DNA of 64,000 bases from Oculina patagonica. Its lineage: Eukaryota. The stretch lies in contig NC_135758.1 of assembly GCF_052425735.1 (NCBI RefSeq), positions 41,912,001 to 41,976,000 of the forward strand. The letters run 5' to 3'. Below are positions 62,001 through 64,000 of this stretch, piece by piece. The translations under genes and the position numbers were made by a program. Under the pieces are notes generated by a model. The model was not told where the DNA came from. It saw only the letters and a program-made list of their open reading frames with translations, and did not search any database. Position 1 is the stretch's first letter, and each line of letters starts with the position of its first letter.

Positions 62001-62727
62001 GGGAATCCAAACTATTTTATTTGTGCTTATTTATAACCCGCTTAGATGCGCATTTCAATAAAGGTACCCAAATTTCTGTTGATCTGACATCGACAAAATC
62101 GGCGACAATATTTTTTTAGTTGCACAAATGGCTTCTAAAAGCATTTTTCCGTTTTCAGTTTAATTTAATTTAATTTTGGTAACAGGTTTTTCATTTCTCG
62201 CGCCAATAAATTTTGTTTACATAAAGTATGAACGAACGTAAAGAGCTACAAGTCTACAACAAGCGGAAAAGAAGACATAAGATAATCTAATTTGCATATT
62301 AAGCCCGTCTTTTTAATTTAGCTTACCATGATTCAGGTATAACTGAAGATAGCTTGTGAGATAAATGAAATCCTAAAAGACAGAGAGAGATCATTAAATT
62401 GAGGCGTTTTAATGTGACCATTCTGAATAAATTAGAAATCGACACTCTGCTTGCTTCGCTAGCTAATTGTCATTTTTACACCTTACCTAGTTTTGCAAGA
62501 CTTGCGATCAAAATCCATACGATAATCGTCAGAGGTCCAGATACATAAGCAAAGTCAAACTTAGCCACTTTAATCTCCGGTGGCGGTCCATGGCCCGAAG
62601 TATCGTTGTGATCCGACGAATTATTCTCGATCGCTGGGTCACCGACCGCGGCGCTTATGTGAACAATTAGCACACCTACTATCAACAAAGCTGCTCCTGG
62701 ATTTATGAAAGACATCTTAACTTTCAT
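47095..62727 (-). CDS. SLC9A: Sodium/hydrogen exchanger (CPA1, plasma-membrane NHE1-5-like), about 22 exons, 3'-incomplete
   Basis: Exons 62727(or 62715)-62487, 62372-62327, 60262-60221, 59612-59544, 59085-59004, 58795-58768, 58323-58223, 57983-57908, 57224-57154, 57027-56916, 55721-55640, 55119-55024, 53743-53622, 52937-52861, 52777-52649, 50737-50648, 50046-49981, 49653-49541, 49311-49255, 48421-48368, 47873-47832, 47153-47095. Phases are consistent. Motifs [63 protein letters not shown] and [13 protein letters not shown] are present. The last three exons are less certain. Confidence 0.92.
47599..47743. mobile_element. Short MITE in NHE intron
   Basis: CAGTCTAGTACCCAGGCGTTC / GAACGCCCAGGGACTAGGCTG inverted termini. 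Confidence 0.6.
48499..48876. mobile_element. Kolobok-like non-autonomous element, uninterrupted copy
   Basis: TTAA|AGGGACTATGTCACGG ... CCGTGACACAGTCCCT|TTCA. Confidence 0.7.
50748..50900 (+). repeat. tRNA-derived repeat unit next to an NHE splice acceptor
   Basis: B-box-like GGGTTCGATTCCC, hairpin AAGCCTGAA..TTCAGGCTT and an AT-rich tail. No A box or cloverleaf. Confidence 0.55.
51171..51946. mobile_element. Kolobok-like element with long (about 280 bp) TIRs and TTAA TSD
   Basis: TTAA|AGTGTATATGACATGAAAAATATTTTCTGC ... GCAGAAAATATTTTTCATGTCATATACACT|TTAA. Confidence 0.85.
52180..52433 (-). mobile_element. tRNA-derived SINE (same family as 57320-57563)
   Basis: Minus-strand head GCAGGGATGGCGCAGTGGTGAGAGCACT...GGCCCGGG; core GGGTTGAGTTTTTGTTGGTTC..TTTTCTCCGGG. 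Confidence 0.7.
53430..53545 (-). mobile_element. SINE fragment (family of 55300-55600)
   Basis: Shares GGGTGGAGAGxxGCACTGxAAGAGTCAG..GTGTCTTG with the 55300 copy. Confidence 0.5.
55300..55600 (-). mobile_element. tRNA-derived SINE with CORE/MIR-like centre
   Basis: Minus-strand A box TAGCCTAATGG, B box GGTTCAAGCC, core GGCAAGACACT..CTCTCCACCCAG and a (TTTACC)n tail. Confidence 0.75.
55816..56142. mobile_element. Foldback MITE (near-perfect 327-bp palindrome), TA TSD
   Basis: TA|CAGTCAAAATAGTCAGCGCGTG... arms of about 155 bp with 3 mismatches and a loop of about 17 nt. Confidence 0.9.
56541..56566. repeat. (GAT)n microsatellite
   Basis: About 8 GAT units. Confidence 0.85.
57320..57563 (-). 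mobile_element. tRNA-derived SINE
   Basis: Minus-strand GGGATGGCGCAATGGTGAGAG...GTTCGATTCC head; similar to 52180-52433. Confidence 0.7.
61322..61497. mobile_element. Tc1/mariner-type MITE (degenerate relatives at about 47262-47510 and 56730-56887)
   Basis: TA|CAGTTGAATCCTGATAACTC ... GAGTTATTGGGATTCAACTG|TA. Confidence 0.8.
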
Positions 62728-64000
62728 TCCTTTCCTTGTCAAGATGAACTTTGTTTTCCTAAATAGTTTAAACGAAGAGTAAAACCCTTCATTGATTTTC
62801 GCGCCTTGAGGAAGAGTTCTTCTGCAATAAAATTTACTTTTTCGTCAAGTCACCTGATGAGAGAACATGAGAGGGCTGGTAACTAACAAGTGTCTTCCAT
62901 TGGCTCTATAGGCTTTATGTAAGTCATCACGAATTTTGAACCAAAACATTGGAGACAAAATACTTTGTGAAAGGCAAACAGGAAATTGAAAACGATCTAT
63001 GGGATCGACAGTCGTTTAACTTGTCATGATTACAGGAATTCAAAGAGGAAGGCAGCTTTTAAGCAGAGCCCAGAAACTTGTCAGGAATGGAGGGTGTTCA
63101 ATATTTGGCATCAAAGAATGGAGATTTGAACAAAACGTAAGTCATAGTCGGCCGGGGCCCGGCCTGAATTGTTTGTGTATTTATTCAAAGAAAGTTTATT
63201 TGGCTAGATTTATTTGATAATCTATCGATTTAGAGCGCGCAACAACTTAACAAATCCCGACCGAGGCGAACAGAAAGGAATTTTACAGGTGGACTTTATG
63301 TCAGTCCAACTCCATTACTGATTTTATTATATTGTTTATAAGCTTATACATGTACATCGATCCGTCAATGTATTGGTATTTTTTGGAAAGAAGGTAGATG
63401 TCTCACGACAGGGACAATCAAATTGTTCAAAGTCGCACGGTAAAGTAAGAAAATAAGGCAAATTCCCCGTCTTTGGGCTCATCAACATCTACAGCACTGA
63501 CACACCTCCGACACACCTCCAACCAAAACACAGGGACACACGGCAGGCGAGACTCCTTTCAAGATCAAAGTACCCATGCAGTTTCGATTAATGATTAGAC
63601 AGCCCATTTGTCTCCTGATCTTGATTTAGTTTTTAGCTGTTAAATTGTGTCCAAGAAAGTTCTTGCAGACAACAAGCTTGTTGCCTTCAAACCGTACACC
63701 CAATGTGAAAATGAAATCATAATTCTTGCCAGGCAATTCGCATGAAACGAAATATTATTTCTTCATGATATAACCTGGGGTCGCCTCATAAGGTACATGC
63801 AATCCTGCAGAAATTTGAAGAAATATGAAACAAAATTTTTTTTGCCAACCCCTGGCCCTTGGGTATGGGTTATGAGATACGAGGTTTAAGGGAGCGCAAG
63901 GTATTGTGGGTATTGTTGTCCGGCGCGTTCACGGTTCGCGAAGGTAGAAGGGGTAAGCGACTTTTATAGGTGGACGGAAAACTTCTTTATCCAGAGGTGG

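Overview
AT-rich eukaryotic genomic DNA with spliceosomal introns and dense repeats. The gene and repeat content suggests an anthozoan cnidarian, probably a stony coral (inference). Genes: (i) four intronless class-A GPCR ORFs, representing three paralogues plus a second copy of one; (ii) two intact five-exon TMEM223 copies; (iii) a Na+/H+ exchanger (SLC9A/NHE) of about 22 exons on the minus strand that runs into an assembly gap; (iv) two probable terminal exons of a gene that starts upstream of the window. The main structure is a large inverted duplication: 3347-16915 mirrors 29298-46467. The right arm lies in a block bounded by two gaps of exactly 500 N, so it is most likely an uncollapsed second haplotype placed by scaffolding rather than a real palindrome. 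Comparing the arms exposes presence/absence insertions with exact boundaries: a Penelope-type palindrome carrying a minimal hammerhead ribozyme on each strand, a Merlin/IS1595-type element with a 66-bp array and a transposase remnant, a 2.3-kb element with an 8-bp TSD, and MITEs. All three GPCR paralogues have Tyr in place of the amine-binding Asp3.32, a shared Asp2.61 and a lengthened ICL2. All coordinates and counts were read by hand and no searches were run.
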